From NCBI GenBank assembly GCA_937863565.1, contig CALMGJ010000014.1:87817-139190 (forward strand): a DNA stretch of 51,374 nt. Reading direction: 5' to 3'. How positions within the stretch are numbered: position 1 is the stretch's first letter; every line of letters begins with the position of its first letter. The notes beneath the pieces are model-generated. The model was not told where the DNA came from, searched no databases, and worked only from the letters and a program-made list of their open reading frames with translations. This document shows positions 1 through 9,456 of the stretch, one piece after another. Made by a program: the position numbers and the translations under genes. The DNA comes from an uncultured bacterium. GTDB taxonomy: Bacteria > AUK180.

Positions 1-513
1 TCCGGTATCTGCATTTCCCGATATTCCGCCCCATATCGCCCAAGTTCGCCGGCGTAAGGTCTGTACGCTCCCCTCGATTTGTATCCACTCCGGTCCGGAA
101 AATATCCAGCCCCGCGCCGTCTCAATTGCCTTCAGTTCTAATGGCCTGAAGGTCAACTCGAGTCTTCTGTCCGAATATTTCCAATCACCCCATTTTTCGT
201 TTCCGGACGCGTCCCCTTCGGGGATCTTCAACACTACCGTATCATATTGCACTCGCGTTTCCACCCGTGTCTCTATTCGCGGATTTCCAACAACACTCAA
301 AAGTGCTTTTATACGCTCATCCTTTTCTTTAATTATATTGGCCGCTTTTCCGGTCACCATTACAAGATTGTCTGCTATCCGGAGTATTTCCGCATCCTTG
401 CCGGCCGCCGCGTGTCGCAACGCCGCAAGGCGGATATTCTGAATATATACCGCAGCCCCCAGCAGCGCGATCATTAAGGCCGTGATAATCTCAATTGTCT
501 TCTTTTTTCTCAT
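1..513 (-). CDS. Spanin-like membrane-anchored phage protein (3' truncated by window edge)
   Basis: Not in the ORF track because it has no stop in the window. My translation from ATG 513: MRKKKTIEIITALMIALLGAAVYIQNIRLAAL...ETRVQYDTVVLKIP...RRRTWAIWGGISG. N-terminal TM, coiled coil, aromatic beta-like tail, and it overlaps the holin-like gene. Spanin role is inference. Confidence 0.6.
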   Translation of the reverse strand, partial: MRKKKTIEIITALMIALLGAAVYIQNIRLAALRHAAAGKDAEILRIADNLVMVTGKAANIIKEKDERIKALLSVVGNPRIETRVETRVQYDTVVLKIPEGDASGNEKWGDWKYSDRRLELTFRPLELKAIETARGWIFSGPEWIQIEGSVQTLRRRTWAIWGGISGNADTG

Positions 514-718
514 TTAACGGCTTCAATCTTTTGGCGGCGTGCTCCCCTACATTGGAGATCCCGTAAAATAGCAGCACATCTTTCAATGTTCTCATCAGCA
601 CCTCGAATTTTTCCGGAGTTATGGACGGATTCACGTATAGATAAATGATCAGCGCACTTGTAATGAGAAGCGCAATAAAGAACTTTCGCTTATCCCGCAG
701 AGTGAACAGCCCGTTCAT
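491..718 (-). CDS. Holin-like small membrane protein
   Basis: 75 aa; RKFFIALL-type basic+TM start, second hydrophobic segment ending YGISNVGEH, charged C-tail. Confidence 0.6.
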   Translation of the reverse strand: MNGLFTLRDKRKFFIALLITSALIIYLYVNPSITPEKFEVLMRTLKDVLLFYGISNVGEHAAKRLKPLNEKKEDN

Positions 719-1248
719 TAATGGATTTTTTTCAGATGAACTTCCAGGGTCACGGTGCCGTATGTGTCCGCAGTGTCGCCGCCCTGATTCGCCCAGAACA
801 TCACCAGCCTGCTCAGCGATTTTATCACCGCGCCCTTATTGTACAGTTCACCGACGGCGGGCTTGATCCCAGTGCCTGCAGTTGCCATCGCGTTCAATAC
901 TTTCAGATCGGTGACGCCCTCTAATTGCGACCGGTCCCGGTTGCTCGCGTACGGTGCGAGTGTTATCTGCTTATTCCCGTCCCGGGCCGAGATCACGGCC
1001 AAAAGCGATATGGCATCATACTCGGCCGTATCAAAGTCAGCGGCAACGCCGTCTGCCCAGGTAAGCGCCGTAATACTGGCCAGATCGGCCAGGTCGAAAA
1101 CAAAACGATAGAACCGGGAGTTCTCCGTTTTATCGTATTCGATGTAATTGTTCGGGCTGGCTATTAAAGCGAATCTGGTCTTAAATCCTGTATTGAATAC
1201 CACGCCCGGCACATTGTTCGCGTTCACGTCTGCTACATAGTATTTCAT
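718..1248 (-). CDS. Phage protein, possibly structural
   Basis: 176 aa, GGAGG SD upstream, beta-rich composition, directly downstream of the giant virion gene. Confidence 0.6.
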   Translation of the reverse strand: MKYYVADVNANNVPGVVFNTGFKTRFALIASPNNYIEYDKTENSRFYRFVFDLADLASITALTWADGVAADFDTAEYDAISLLAVISARDGNKQITLAPYASNRDRSQLEGVTDLKVLNAMATAGTGIKPAVGELYNKGAVIKSLSRLVMFWANQGGDTADTYGTVTLEVHLKKIH

Positions 1249-1266
1249 AAAATACCTCCGTATTTG

Positions 1267-4200
1267 TTATTCATTGTTTTCCATATCTATAGACATATCA
1301 TCCGTAATCTCGGTATCCCCTTCGTCCAGGTCGTTCTGCAGCGGTTCCCAGTCGTACGGGATCAAGCGCATCAGTCTGGCGCCGAACTGCTTTACTGCGA
1401 ACGGATAGGCTTCGAGATACGACATCACGTCGCTTCGGCTTCTGAGCTTCGTATAATCGTTCAGATACTTGGCCCAGAAGTTGATCTTCTCTTCTGTATA
1501 TTTAGCGGACTCCTCCTTCTCTTTTTCGGATGCTGATGGATCCCGGGCTATTTTCCCAAATTCGGACTGCGCCTCATTGATGTTCCTGATTATATATTCC
1601 TCATACGCCCGGCTCTTGTATGTCGGCACGGCCAGTATTGAAAGCGCCGTTTGTGCTATATCGTTATTCTCTATCTGTGTTTCCACGAACTCCATCGGCG
1701 GGAATATGAATTTAGCGATATGCCATAGCTTATCAAGCGCCTGCCTGTATGGCGGGTCGCCTTTATTGAATATTTCCCGTCCCTTCCAGCTGCGGTTCTT
1801 TGAGAGTTGCCGCATCATCATCACGAGTTTGCCGGCCATCAGTTCTGTTGCGAGCTCAAAGTTCCGCTCCACGATTCTGTCTAAGAGAAAGAGCGGGCCC
1901 GGGAGCGCCACGATATTCTCTCCCCAGATGATCTCCCCCGTATCGGGGTGCCGGTAATATGTCTTTTTAGACGCCTTATACAGCGTCGTCATTTTATAAT
2001 TCTGGGCGGCAAGCACGCTTTTTGCGATGAACCGGGCCCCTATCGTGGCCCCCATTTTCTGCAGCGCATCTCCCCGCAGGCTTTTCGAGAGATCGTCGCC
2101 TCCGAGCAGGGCAACTTTTAGGGCATCGTCTATCTGGTTATTGATCATGCAGGTTGAGAATGTCGGCGTATAGAACTCAAGGTTCATGAATGTCCTGTAT
2201 CTGTCCCGTACCCTGCCGTAATCGCCGAACTCGGTAGCGCAGTCCTTCACTATTTTCCGGAAGGCGTCGGATGTCAGATCTGTCACCTTTCTGATCTTCA
2301 TCTCGTTTATGATGGCGCCCATCCTGATCGTATCGTCCCCCTGCCAGCCGATGCTGGAGAGGTACTCGTATCCGGAATCCACCATCTTTATCGGGTCCCC
2401 GCCGAGTTCCTTCATTTTTTTGAACAGGCCGGAGTTCTGATTTGCCGACAGCCATTTCTTCATCACGCTCACGTGATTATGCAGCAGTTTCATTGTCTCC
2501 CCGGTCAGCCCGAGTTCTTTGGCCCTGCGGTAGATCGGCCCGTTGTTCATCACCTCGCTCATCCCGTCGGTCAAGGCTTCTTCCACAAAAGAGAAATACT
2601 CCGGCCCGAATCTCAGCCGCGCCGCCTGATACATATCATTGGTCCAGATGATCGTCTGCATATAGAAAGACCAGGCCTTCATCCGGTGATTTATCTGCCC
2701 GTATATCTTCAAAAATTCCGGCCAATGCGCCGTCACGGGATCGGTGAGCTCCGCGAGGTCGGCGGCCAGGCGCGGGTGCACGACATAGCCTTCGAAGCCC
2801 TTCACGGGCTTCCAGTCTTTCGGCGCTTTATCGCCTGCCTCCATCACGAGTTTCGATGTCCGCTTGAGGTTCTCGAAGAGCCGCGCATATTCGGTGCTTC
2901 TCACGTTCTCCACGGCATAATACCCGCTTGCCACTGCCAGATCGACTTCAACGCCCTCTTCTCCCACGGCGCGCATCGTATCGTATATGGTCGGCTCGGA
3001 ACGGCCGGCATATCCGAATTTCGGCGTTCCTTTTCCGCCGGCGCCTACGATCACATCCCCGCCCTCTTTTTCCAGCATGTGGTGGTGTCCGTACTGTATA
3101 TTCTCGTACACGAATATTTTCCGGTTCAAGTTCCGGATCTCGTCTTGTATCTCTGCTGCCTTCTGTCCGTTTTTAGTATGCCGGAGCTCGTCGGTCAGCT
3201 CCAGTATTCTTTTCCTGGAGCCGGCTATGATGTGGTCGGGGAATATCTTGGCCTTGGTGGTGGCGCCCATTGCGGTGAGCCTTTCCCCCATCAGATCATA
3301 CCACCGCTTGAGTTTCAGGATGATGTCCCGCTCTTCGGGGGATATCGCCCCCATCCGCACGAGGTCGTCGGCGATCGCGGGCGTTCTGGTCGCCTTCTCG
3401 TATATCCCGAAGAGGAATTTTCTGCGTTCTGCGGTCGTTCCGCGGAAGAAGTGCCTCAGCGTTGCCATGGCGTCGTCTATTCCCATATTTGCGCGCGCGC
3501 GGGCGGCAATGATCATACGGTAATCGTCCATGAACCCGTGATCGCGATACCACGAATCCACGAATGCGTCGTTCCTGGTCCGCTCCAGCATTTTCCGGAC
3601 CATAAAATAGGCATTAGAGCGTTTATCCGCGGCAATAGCGAACATCGCCTCGTCGTTCAGGGCCGGTTTAAGCGGCGTCACGGCTTCCCAGTAGGCCTCG
3701 AGATTGGCATCAGGGTTCCCGCCCTTCTCTATGAGCGCCTTGATCGTTTTGGTATATCGCGGGTCCGCGAAAACGCCCGAGATCTTCGGCTGGTCCGAAG
3801 TCGGGAATATCTTCTTTAAAAGCTCGGCGTCCCTTTTGAGGTCGTCAAGCTCGGTCGACGCCGTAAGCTGATATCGTATCTCTCCGAGGTCATCAAAGAA
3901 CGGTTCCTCTACAGGAAGAACATCGGCACCCCATCGTCTATTCCCTTTTTGTTCCAGTACAGTATCTGTTCTAAGACGTATTCCTTCAAGTTCTCCCAGG
4001 ATACCTTCGATCCGTTCTTCGTATTCTCCTGTTTTAAGAGCATTTCCGCTTCTTCCTCTTCTTCGGCCGTAGGTATCACGACCCACTTTTCGAAAGCTTC
4101 GGTCAATGTAGCCGCTCGCCACACCAGCGCTTCGTGGTGTTTTCCATCCGCTATTTCCAGCCACAGCCGATACGCCGCCACTTTCAGGGTCACCCCGTAT

Positions 4201-7200
4201 TTGCCACGAATATACGCGCGCAGGCACGCGAGCCCCGCTACCATCACCGGTTCCGGCATTTGGAAGTTTCCCATATAGTCCTTGTACCCCTTCGGGCACC
4301 CCTTTGCCGAGAATGCGTTTGCCAGTGAGTTTTTCCATCCTGATGTTTTGTACATACACGCCTCCCTGTGCGTCGGCGCTTATATCTGCGCCGATCCTGC
4401 CCAGTCTCTTCATCTTTTCGATGAAGGCCGGCATCTCCTTGTCGGGGATGATATACATATATCCCCTTAGCCTGCCGCTTCGGATAGAACCTTCAACCTC
4501 TTCTATCATAAGAGTATAATGATATTGTTCCAAAAAGTCAAGTGTCTCTTTCGAGAGCACCCGCTCTCCGAGTTGCGGCATCGCATCGAGGTCGATCTGT
4601 TTCATCTTCACGATGGCCTCATGGAATTCGCGGGCGGGCAAACTCCTCACATTCCCGAGCAAGGGTATATTGGCATACGGCATCGCCGCCTTTGTTTTCC
4701 CGAGTTCGGCGAGTTCATCGAGGGAATTGCCGAGTTCCTCCCAGGTGTCGATCTTCTTGAACGCCTCTTCGGGTATGTCCTCGGCCCCGACCGTGTACAG
4801 CCCGGCGGGATACGCGTAGCCCTTCTTGGGATGTATGAGCGGTTTTCCCAAAATTCCGGCGTCATCCAGCGTTTTATCGAACAGGGCGTCTATCGTCCTC
4901 TTCACGCCCGCCTCGTCCCCGATATCCCAGTCCGCTATGTAGAATATTTCATCGCCCCCCTTCCGGACGACTTTTACCCGTCCGCCGAATTTATGATGCA
5001 CCCTCTCGAAGAAATTGCTCATGAAGGCGTTCATCTCCTTATCGTTCTTGAAAAGGTTCCCTCCGGCGAGGTTCGAGACATCCGAATACAGTATCCTTTT
5101 CCCCTTCTCCCCTTTCTTCAGGGCTCCGAGCGCTTCTTCCAATAATCCCGTCCCGTACATATCGTTATAGGCCTTCCGGTATGCGGGGTCCCTCACCCTT
5201 CCCCAGATGAGGTCTATGAGGTTCTTCTTCTGCTTGGGATCGAGGTCCGCGGCCTCTATCGCCCTCGCGGCCTTATTTAGCGCCTCCTCGTCTGCGCCCC
5301 CGCTCACAGGGTCCGCGGCGCCGTACACATTGAAATCGATATCCGCGACAGGCCTCTGCCATTTCTCCACTATCCCGGTTGAGAAGCTTTCGTCCCGCAG
5401 GTATTTCCAGGCCGCCTCGGGGTCGGATATCTCCTCCCCGAACACCGCCTTTATCACTGCCTTCGTCTCATCGCTGTATCCCTCGCCGGTCTTTATGAAT
5501 TCCTGTACGGCCATTTTCGTTTTCTTTTTTGCGGCCTTTGTGAGCCCGTCCATATAAAGACCGTATTTATCTGCAATGTCTTTCTTCTTGAATATCCACT
5601 TAGTTTTCTTTGCGTCGAGCGCCTCGTCGGCATATTTCACCGCGTCATCGAGTATCCCGTCTTTAATTGTATTGTATAATGACCTGAACTTCTCTTTCAG
5701 TTCTTTTATGTCCTCAACGGTCACCCCGTACCTTGCGGCCTCGGCCTTCGCGTCTATCATGATCCCGATATTCCCGCTTTCGTATATGGCCGCTCTGCCG
5801 CCGTGCATCCGGGCGGCCCTGTCCACGGCCTCGTATATGATATCGTTCACGGCATCGGCCTCGAGATGTCCCAGGGCGTCGTTCATTTGTTTGAGGTCCT
5901 TGACCCCGAACTGATAGAATTCCCCGCTGTCGCCCATTATGTCGCCGGCGATCTTCATTCCGCCCCTTGAGAGCGCGTGCACGGTTTTATCCGATGTCAG
6001 CGCCTCGTCGATAATGTCCAGCGTTTCGGGGTCGGCGATATCTCCCGTATAGTTCCTGCTCAGATGCCTCGGTTTCGGCCCTTTGCCCACGGACTGGCCG
6101 CCGGGGGCGCCTGTTCCCGGGGCGATCTTCTTTCCCGTGAAATCCTCGAGCAGGCCGGCGGTTTTCTCTATCGGCTCTTCCTCCCACTTCTGCCTGAGTA
6201 TGGCATCCTGTATCTCGTCCGTCTGTCCGGGCCGGTATTTATTCGCCTCTTCGAGCGCGTCTGCGAGCTGAAGTTCTTTCTGCACATCCCGCGGCACGGT
6301 ATCGGCGATCCCGGAAGCGAGGTCTTCCATCATCTTCACGGTCTTCCCCGTCATTCCGGCCGTGCCGGCCTTGATCCGTGCCATTTTGGAAAGGTTCTGC
6401 AGATGTGCGGGCTCGAAGAGATCTCCGAAGAGCGGGTTCTTCACGCCCACCTTCAGGGCATTGAGGATATTGCTCACGCTCTTATCCCCTTCGAGCACGC
6501 GCTTGAATATATTGGCGTCGCCGGTGATCTCTATCATCCGTCTTTGTATGTCGGCAAGTTTGGTAAGCGCCTTCACGGCCTCCTTTCCGCTTCCGTATGT
6601 GTCCAGAAGGGCGGTATATGTCAAAAGCCCGTCGGCCCCGAGATTCCCCGCCTGCATCATCTTGAGAAGCCGCATCGGGTCCTTCACGGTTATGGTCTTT
6701 GCCGCGCCGCCCGCGGCTGCGATCTCCTTTAATATCTTCGATTCCTTTGCCCCCTTGACAAGGAGCGGTATCGACCTGAACCCGGCGAGCGCGAGTTCTC
6801 CCGCCGCCGTCCATATCAGGTTCTCCGGCCCGAGGAGTTCGCCGAGAAGTCCCACGAGCATATCCCGGAGTATATCGGGCCGCCGCATATATTCCGGCAT
6901 ATTATCGGAGAAGTACAGGGTCTCCTCCTTCTTGTCGAGCCAGTTCCGGTATTTATCGCGGAGCCCCGCCATTGCGGCCTCTTTTTCGTGTTCCAGGCGT
7001 TTGAGCTCTTTCTGGTTTTTCGCCCACCGCTCATTGTATTCCGCCGTCCCGTCGGGGTCATACGGGTATTGTCCGGCATAGACCCGGGCCCGGAAGAGCA
7101 TCGCCGCCGTTTCGGGATGATAGTCCCAGAAGAGCTTTTCCTCTTTGGATGTCCGCGACTGTGTGTTCTTGTCCGCGCCCTTGATCATTTCGGGCGTGAA

Positions 7201-8646
7201 CCTCCACCAGGGCGCGGCGAAGAACAGGTCTTCCGCCGTCAGTTTTGTTTTCATTTTCCCGCCGGGCAGGTATTGTTCTACATATTCGTCGGGCACGGGC
7301 TCTTTGAATACCGCCTCGATCACGGAGCGCGCCTTTTCCGCGGCGAACATCCTCCGCGCGTATTCGAGCATACCGCTTTTCCGGGCCTCCGATGCCTGTA
7401 TATTAGGGATCGCCGTGCCGGTGGCCGGGCCGGTCCCGGACGCCGCGGCCTTCACTCCGGAGAGGAACCGGCCTGCGAATGTCGGCGCCGTTGTTCCGAA
7501 CGCCTCTTTCAGTTCCTTTTGCATCCTCGGGGATACGAGGTCCCACACATTCCCGGGCATCGCCTGCATTGCGGCATTGAACACGAAGTTGAAGGTATCG
7601 CTTACAAGTTCAACCTGCGAGGGCTTATAGTATTTGCGGTAGTTCTCATTGAATTTTATAAGTTCCCGTATCGCGTCGGCTTCCGCGTCCGATGCGAGCG
7701 CGGGGGCTTCTTTTGTCAGGGTCGCCGCGCCCGGCGTGTATCTTTTATTGTGTTCGGCCGTCTCTTCGGCCGATACGGCCCCGTATGCGTCGTTTTCCGC
7801 GTCGGGGTCTTTGACCCTTGCCGTATACTTGCCGGATAGGAATGCTTCCTCCGATTCGATATTCCGCTCCAGGGTTTTGGCCGTTCTTTTCTTCTCCTCG
7901 ATCTTCTGCAGCTTTTTTTCAGCCTCGCCGGGCACATGATAGCCCTGCGCAAAAGGCATGTTGCCGTCCGGCGTTTCTAATCCGGAGGCGGTCAGCCTTA
8001 ATAGCTCGTCCTGTGCCTCTTTCTCCTCATAGGCCTGTTTCTCGAGCGTTTCTTTCTCTTCTTTCTCGATCAGCGCCCTCTCGAATTTTCTGGTCCGTTC
8101 TATGCTGTCGCGGTATCCCTTGAGTTCTCCGGCCGCCCTCTGGCGCGCCTTGCGGCCCTCGGCGTCGAGTTCCAGGAAATATTTTTCCATCTCTGCGGGG
8201 TCCTGCAGCCTGGCGGCGGTGGTGCCTTCTATGGCCGTGCCGGCATTTTTTTTCACATATTCCTTTACCCAGTCCTTGAATTCCGCCCGTTTTCGCGCAT
8301 TGGCCTTGTCCGTATCGGATGTATAGTTCCAGATGGATGCTATCTCGTCATATGCGAATTTCCGTCCGGACTTCTTCGCTTCCTCTTTTGCCCTTTCCTC
8401 GGTCAATAATGCTCCCACCCGGTCGATCTCGCCGATATATTCTTCCAGGGCGCCGGGTTTCAGCAGTTTGAAAGCGGTGAAAGACGGGTCGAGCTTGCTC
8501 ACGTCTTCGGGGGTGAGCGAGTTCATATACTGTCTGATCACGGCCAGAAGCCCCTCGCGGTCCTTGGGGTCCGCGATATCGGTCCCGAGCTCGCTTTCGG
8601 CTATGAAATCGAAGTCCAGGAATTTATACTTATCCTTATCGTCCAA
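1267..8646 (-). CDS. Giant internal-virion/ejection (polyvalent-type) protein, ~2459 aa, with two GGDEF-like domains
   Basis: Long open frame at the ejectosome position of a podovirus gene order. Likely start TTG 8646 (GGAG SD, overlaps the upstream stop). Motifs DLKQMNDALGHLEAD and SDVSNL...VRKGGDEIF. Confidence 0.8.
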   Translation of the reverse strand: MDDKDKYKFLDFDFIAESELGTDIADPKDREGLLAVIRQYMNSLTPEDVSKLDPSFTAFKLLKPGALEEYIGEIDRVGALLTEERAKEEAKKSGRKFAYDEIASIWNYTSDTDKANARKRAEFKDWVKEYVKKNAGTAIEGTTAARLQDPAEMEKYFLELDAEGRKARQRAAGELKGYRDSIERTRKFERALIEKEEKETLEKQAYEEKEAQDELLRLTASGLETPDGNMPFAQGYHVPGEAEKKLQKIEEKKRTAKTLERNIESEEAFLSGKYTARVKDPDAENDAYGAVSAEETAEHNKRYTPGAATLTKEAPALASDAEADAIRELIKFNENYRKYYKPSQVELVSDTFNFVFNAAMQAMPGNVWDLVSPRMQKELKEAFGTTAPTFAGRFLSGVKAAASGTGPATGTAIPNIQASEARKSGMLEYARRMFAAEKARSVIEAVFKEPVPDEYVEQYLPGGKMKTKLTAEDLFFAAPWWRFTPEMIKGADKNTQSRTSKEEKLFWDYHPETAAMLFRARVYAGQYPYDPDGTAEYNERWAKNQKELKRLEHEKEAAMAGLRDKYRNWLDKKEETLYFSDNMPEYMRRPDILRDMLVGLLGELLGPENLIWTAAGELALAGFRSIPLLVKGAKESKILKEIAAAGGAAKTITVKDPMRLLKMMQAGNLGADGLLTYTALLDTYGSGKEAVKALTKLADIQRRMIEITGDANIFKRVLEGDKSVSNILNALKVGVKNPLFGDLFEPAHLQNLSKMARIKAGTAGMTGKTVKMMEDLASGIADTVPRDVQKELQLADALEEANKYRPGQTDEIQDAILRQKWEEEPIEKTAGLLEDFTGKKIAPGTGAPGGQSVGKGPKPRHLSRNYTGDIADPETLDIIDEALTSDKTVHALSRGGMKIAGDIMGDSGEFYQFGVKDLKQMNDALGHLEADAVNDIIYEAVDRAARMHGGRAAIYESGNIGIMIDAKAEAARYGVTVEDIKELKEKFRSLYNTIKDGILDDAVKYADEALDAKKTKWIFKKKDIADKYGLYMDGLTKAAKKKTKMAVQEFIKTGEGYSDETKAVIKAVFGEEISDPEAAWKYLRDESFSTGIVEKWQRPVADIDFNVYGAADPVSGGADEEALNKAARAIEAADLDPKQKKNLIDLIWGRVRDPAYRKAYNDMYGTGLLEEALGALKKGEKGKRILYSDVSNLAGGNLFKNDKEMNAFMSNFFERVHHKFGGRVKVVRKGGDEIFYIADWDIGDEAGVKRTIDALFDKTLDDAGILGKPLIHPKKGYAYPAGLYTVGAEDIPEEAFKKIDTWEELGNSLDELAELGKTKAAMPYANIPLLGNVRSLPAREFHEAIVKMKQIDLDAMPQLGERVLSKETLDFLEQYHYTLMIEEVEGSIRSGRLRGYMYIIPDKEMPAFIEKMKRLGRIGADISADAQGGVYVQNIRMEKLTGKRILGKGVPEGVQGLYGKLPNAGTGDGSGARVPARVYSWQIRGDPESGGVSAVAGNSGWKTPRSAGVASGYIDRSFRKVGRDTYGRRRGRSGNALKTGEYEERIEGILGELEGIRLRTDTVLEQKGNRRWGADVLPVEEPFFDDLGEIRYQLTASTELDDLKRDAELLKKIFPTSDQPKISGVFADPRYTKTIKALIEKGGNPDANLEAYWEAVTPLKPALNDEAMFAIAADKRSNAYFMVRKMLERTRNDAFVDSWYRDHGFMDDYRMIIAARARANMGIDDAMATLRHFFRGTTAERRKFLFGIYEKATRTPAIADDLVRMGAISPEERDIILKLKRWYDLMGERLTAMGATTKAKIFPDHIIAGSRKRILELTDELRHTKNGQKAAEIQDEIRNLNRKIFVYENIQYGHHHMLEKEGGDVIVGAGGKGTPKFGYAGRSEPTIYDTMRAVGEEGVEVDLAVASGYYAVENVRSTEYARLFENLKRTSKLVMEAGDKAPKDWKPVKGFEGYVVHPRLAADLAELTDPVTAHWPEFLKIYGQINHRMKAWSFYMQTIIWTNDMYQAARLRFGPEYFSFVEEALTDGMSEVMNNGPIYRRAKELGLTGETMKLLHNHVSVMKKWLSANQNSGLFKKMKELGGDPIKMVDSGYEYLSSIGWQGDDTIRMGAIINEMKIRKVTDLTSDAFRKIVKDCATEFGDYGRVRDRYRTFMNLEFYTPTFSTCMINNQIDDALKVALLGGDDLSKSLRGDALQKMGATIGARFIAKSVLAAQNYKMTTLYKASKKTYYRHPDTGEIIWGENIVALPGPLFLLDRIVERNFELATELMAGKLVMMMRQLSKNRSWKGREIFNKGDPPYRQALDKLWHIAKFIFPPMEFVETQIENNDIAQTALSILAVPTYKSRAYEEYIIRNINEAQSEFGKIARDPSASEKEKEESAKYTEEKINFWAKYLNDYTKLRSRSDVMSYLEAYPFAVKQFGARLMRLIPYDWEPLQNDLDEGDTEITDDMSIDMENNE
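3909..4355 (-). CDS. Nested alternative-frame gene (148 aa) inside the giant protein gene
   Basis: GGGAGG SD 5 nt before ATG 4355, upstream internal promoter, globular-looking composition, while the host frame here is a G/R/S-rich linker. Confidence 0.7.
   Translation of the reverse strand: MYKTSGWKNSLANAFSAKGCPKGYKDYMGNFQMPEPVMVAGLACLRAYIRGKYGVTLKVAAYRLWLEIADGKHHEALVWRAATLTEAFEKWVVIPTAEEEEEAEMLLKQENTKNGSKVSWENLKEYVLEQILYWNKKGIDDGVPMFFL
4513..4541 (-). promoter_or_regulatory. Intragenic sigma70-type promoter
   Basis: Minus strand TTGACT-ttttggaacaatatcat(17)-TATACT in an AT-rich patch of a GC-rich ORF. Confidence 0.7.
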
Positions 8647-9379
8647 TATATTTCTCCGCGAGTTTATATCCTTCCGAGTTTTTGCCGCTCGAGTTCGCCA
8701 CGATCCTGAGGAACAGTTCATAGTTTCCGGCATCGAGGGCATCGCGGGCCGCTTTCAGGGAGGTACTCGAGCGTATCCCGAAATCCGGCACGACGGCATA
8801 TTGCGGTTTCATTGTATTGTCGCCGGGCGCCGCTCCGTCTCCGGGTCCTGTCGCCCCGCCGCCGGTGTTCCCGGTGCGTCTTTTATCGAGTTCGATGCGG
8901 AGCATTGACTGGCGCTCTTCCTCCTCCCGTATCATGTCCGCCAGGACGGCTTTTCTGGAGGTATCCCATGTCCGGCTCATTTCGGCGGTCAGTCCTTTGA
9001 TAAAAGTGTTTATACTGTTCAGCTCGCTTGTCAGCGAAGACGTCTCCGCCCTGAGTATATCGAGCCTCTCCTTTTTCTGTTTCTCTGTCTCTTTTTCCTC
9101 TGCCGCAGCGGCACGGAGCCCGTATTCTCTTTCCGCTTTTTCTTTGGCGGCCGCGATCTTCTCCCACTGTATGTCCTGATGTCCTTCTTTGATGGCCTGA
9201 TCGAAGATACGGTTCTTTTGCTGGTATTCCAGTTGTCTTTCCTGGAATTCCCTCATTTTTTCCTTGGCCTGTTTATCCTCTTCCAGCATCTTGATGTATT
9301 CCCTTCTCTTCACGGCCTCTTTAACGGCGGTTGTGAGGGCCAGAAGCCCTGCAGTGAAATCGTCGCCTTTAATGCCCAT
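8636..9379 (-). CDS. Probable ejection/internal virion protein (coiled-coil)
   Basis: 247 aa, E/K/Q-rich helical, GGAGG SD, between nozzle and giant gene. Confidence 0.6.
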   Translation of the reverse strand: MGIKGDDFTAGLLALTTAVKEAVKRREYIKMLEEDKQAKEKMREFQERQLEYQQKNRIFDQAIKEGHQDIQWEKIAAAKEKAEREYGLRAAAAEEKETEKQKKERLDILRAETSSLTSELNSINTFIKGLTAEMSRTWDTSRKAVLADMIREEEERQSMLRIELDKRRTGNTGGGATGPGDGAAPGDNTMKPQYAVVPDFGIRSSTSLKAARDALDAGNYELFLRIVANSSGKNSEGYKLAEKYIGR

Positions 9380-9456
9380 ATCTGCCTCCGGGCGGAATAT
9401 TCCGCCACTTATCGGTTTTTATCATCATCTTGCTTTTATCATTTTTCATTCTTCAT

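Noticed and set aside
2473-3819. Long + strand ORFs opposite phage genes (also 15935-16885, 25134-26102, 12928-13830, 30866-31792)
   Set aside because: Antisense shadows of GC-biased - strand genes, with no recognisable motifs or SD.
1267-8646. Giant ORF as a tape measure, virion RNA polymerase or DarB-type helicase-methylase
   Set aside because: No tail tube or sheath genes, and I saw no DxDGD, NPPY/F or DEAH motifs; remote similarity cannot be excluded without profile searches.
8647-8742. N-terminal extension of the giant ORF as listed in the track
   Set aside because: It overlaps the upstream gene by about 100 nt; TTG 8646 has a GGAG SD and normal coupling.
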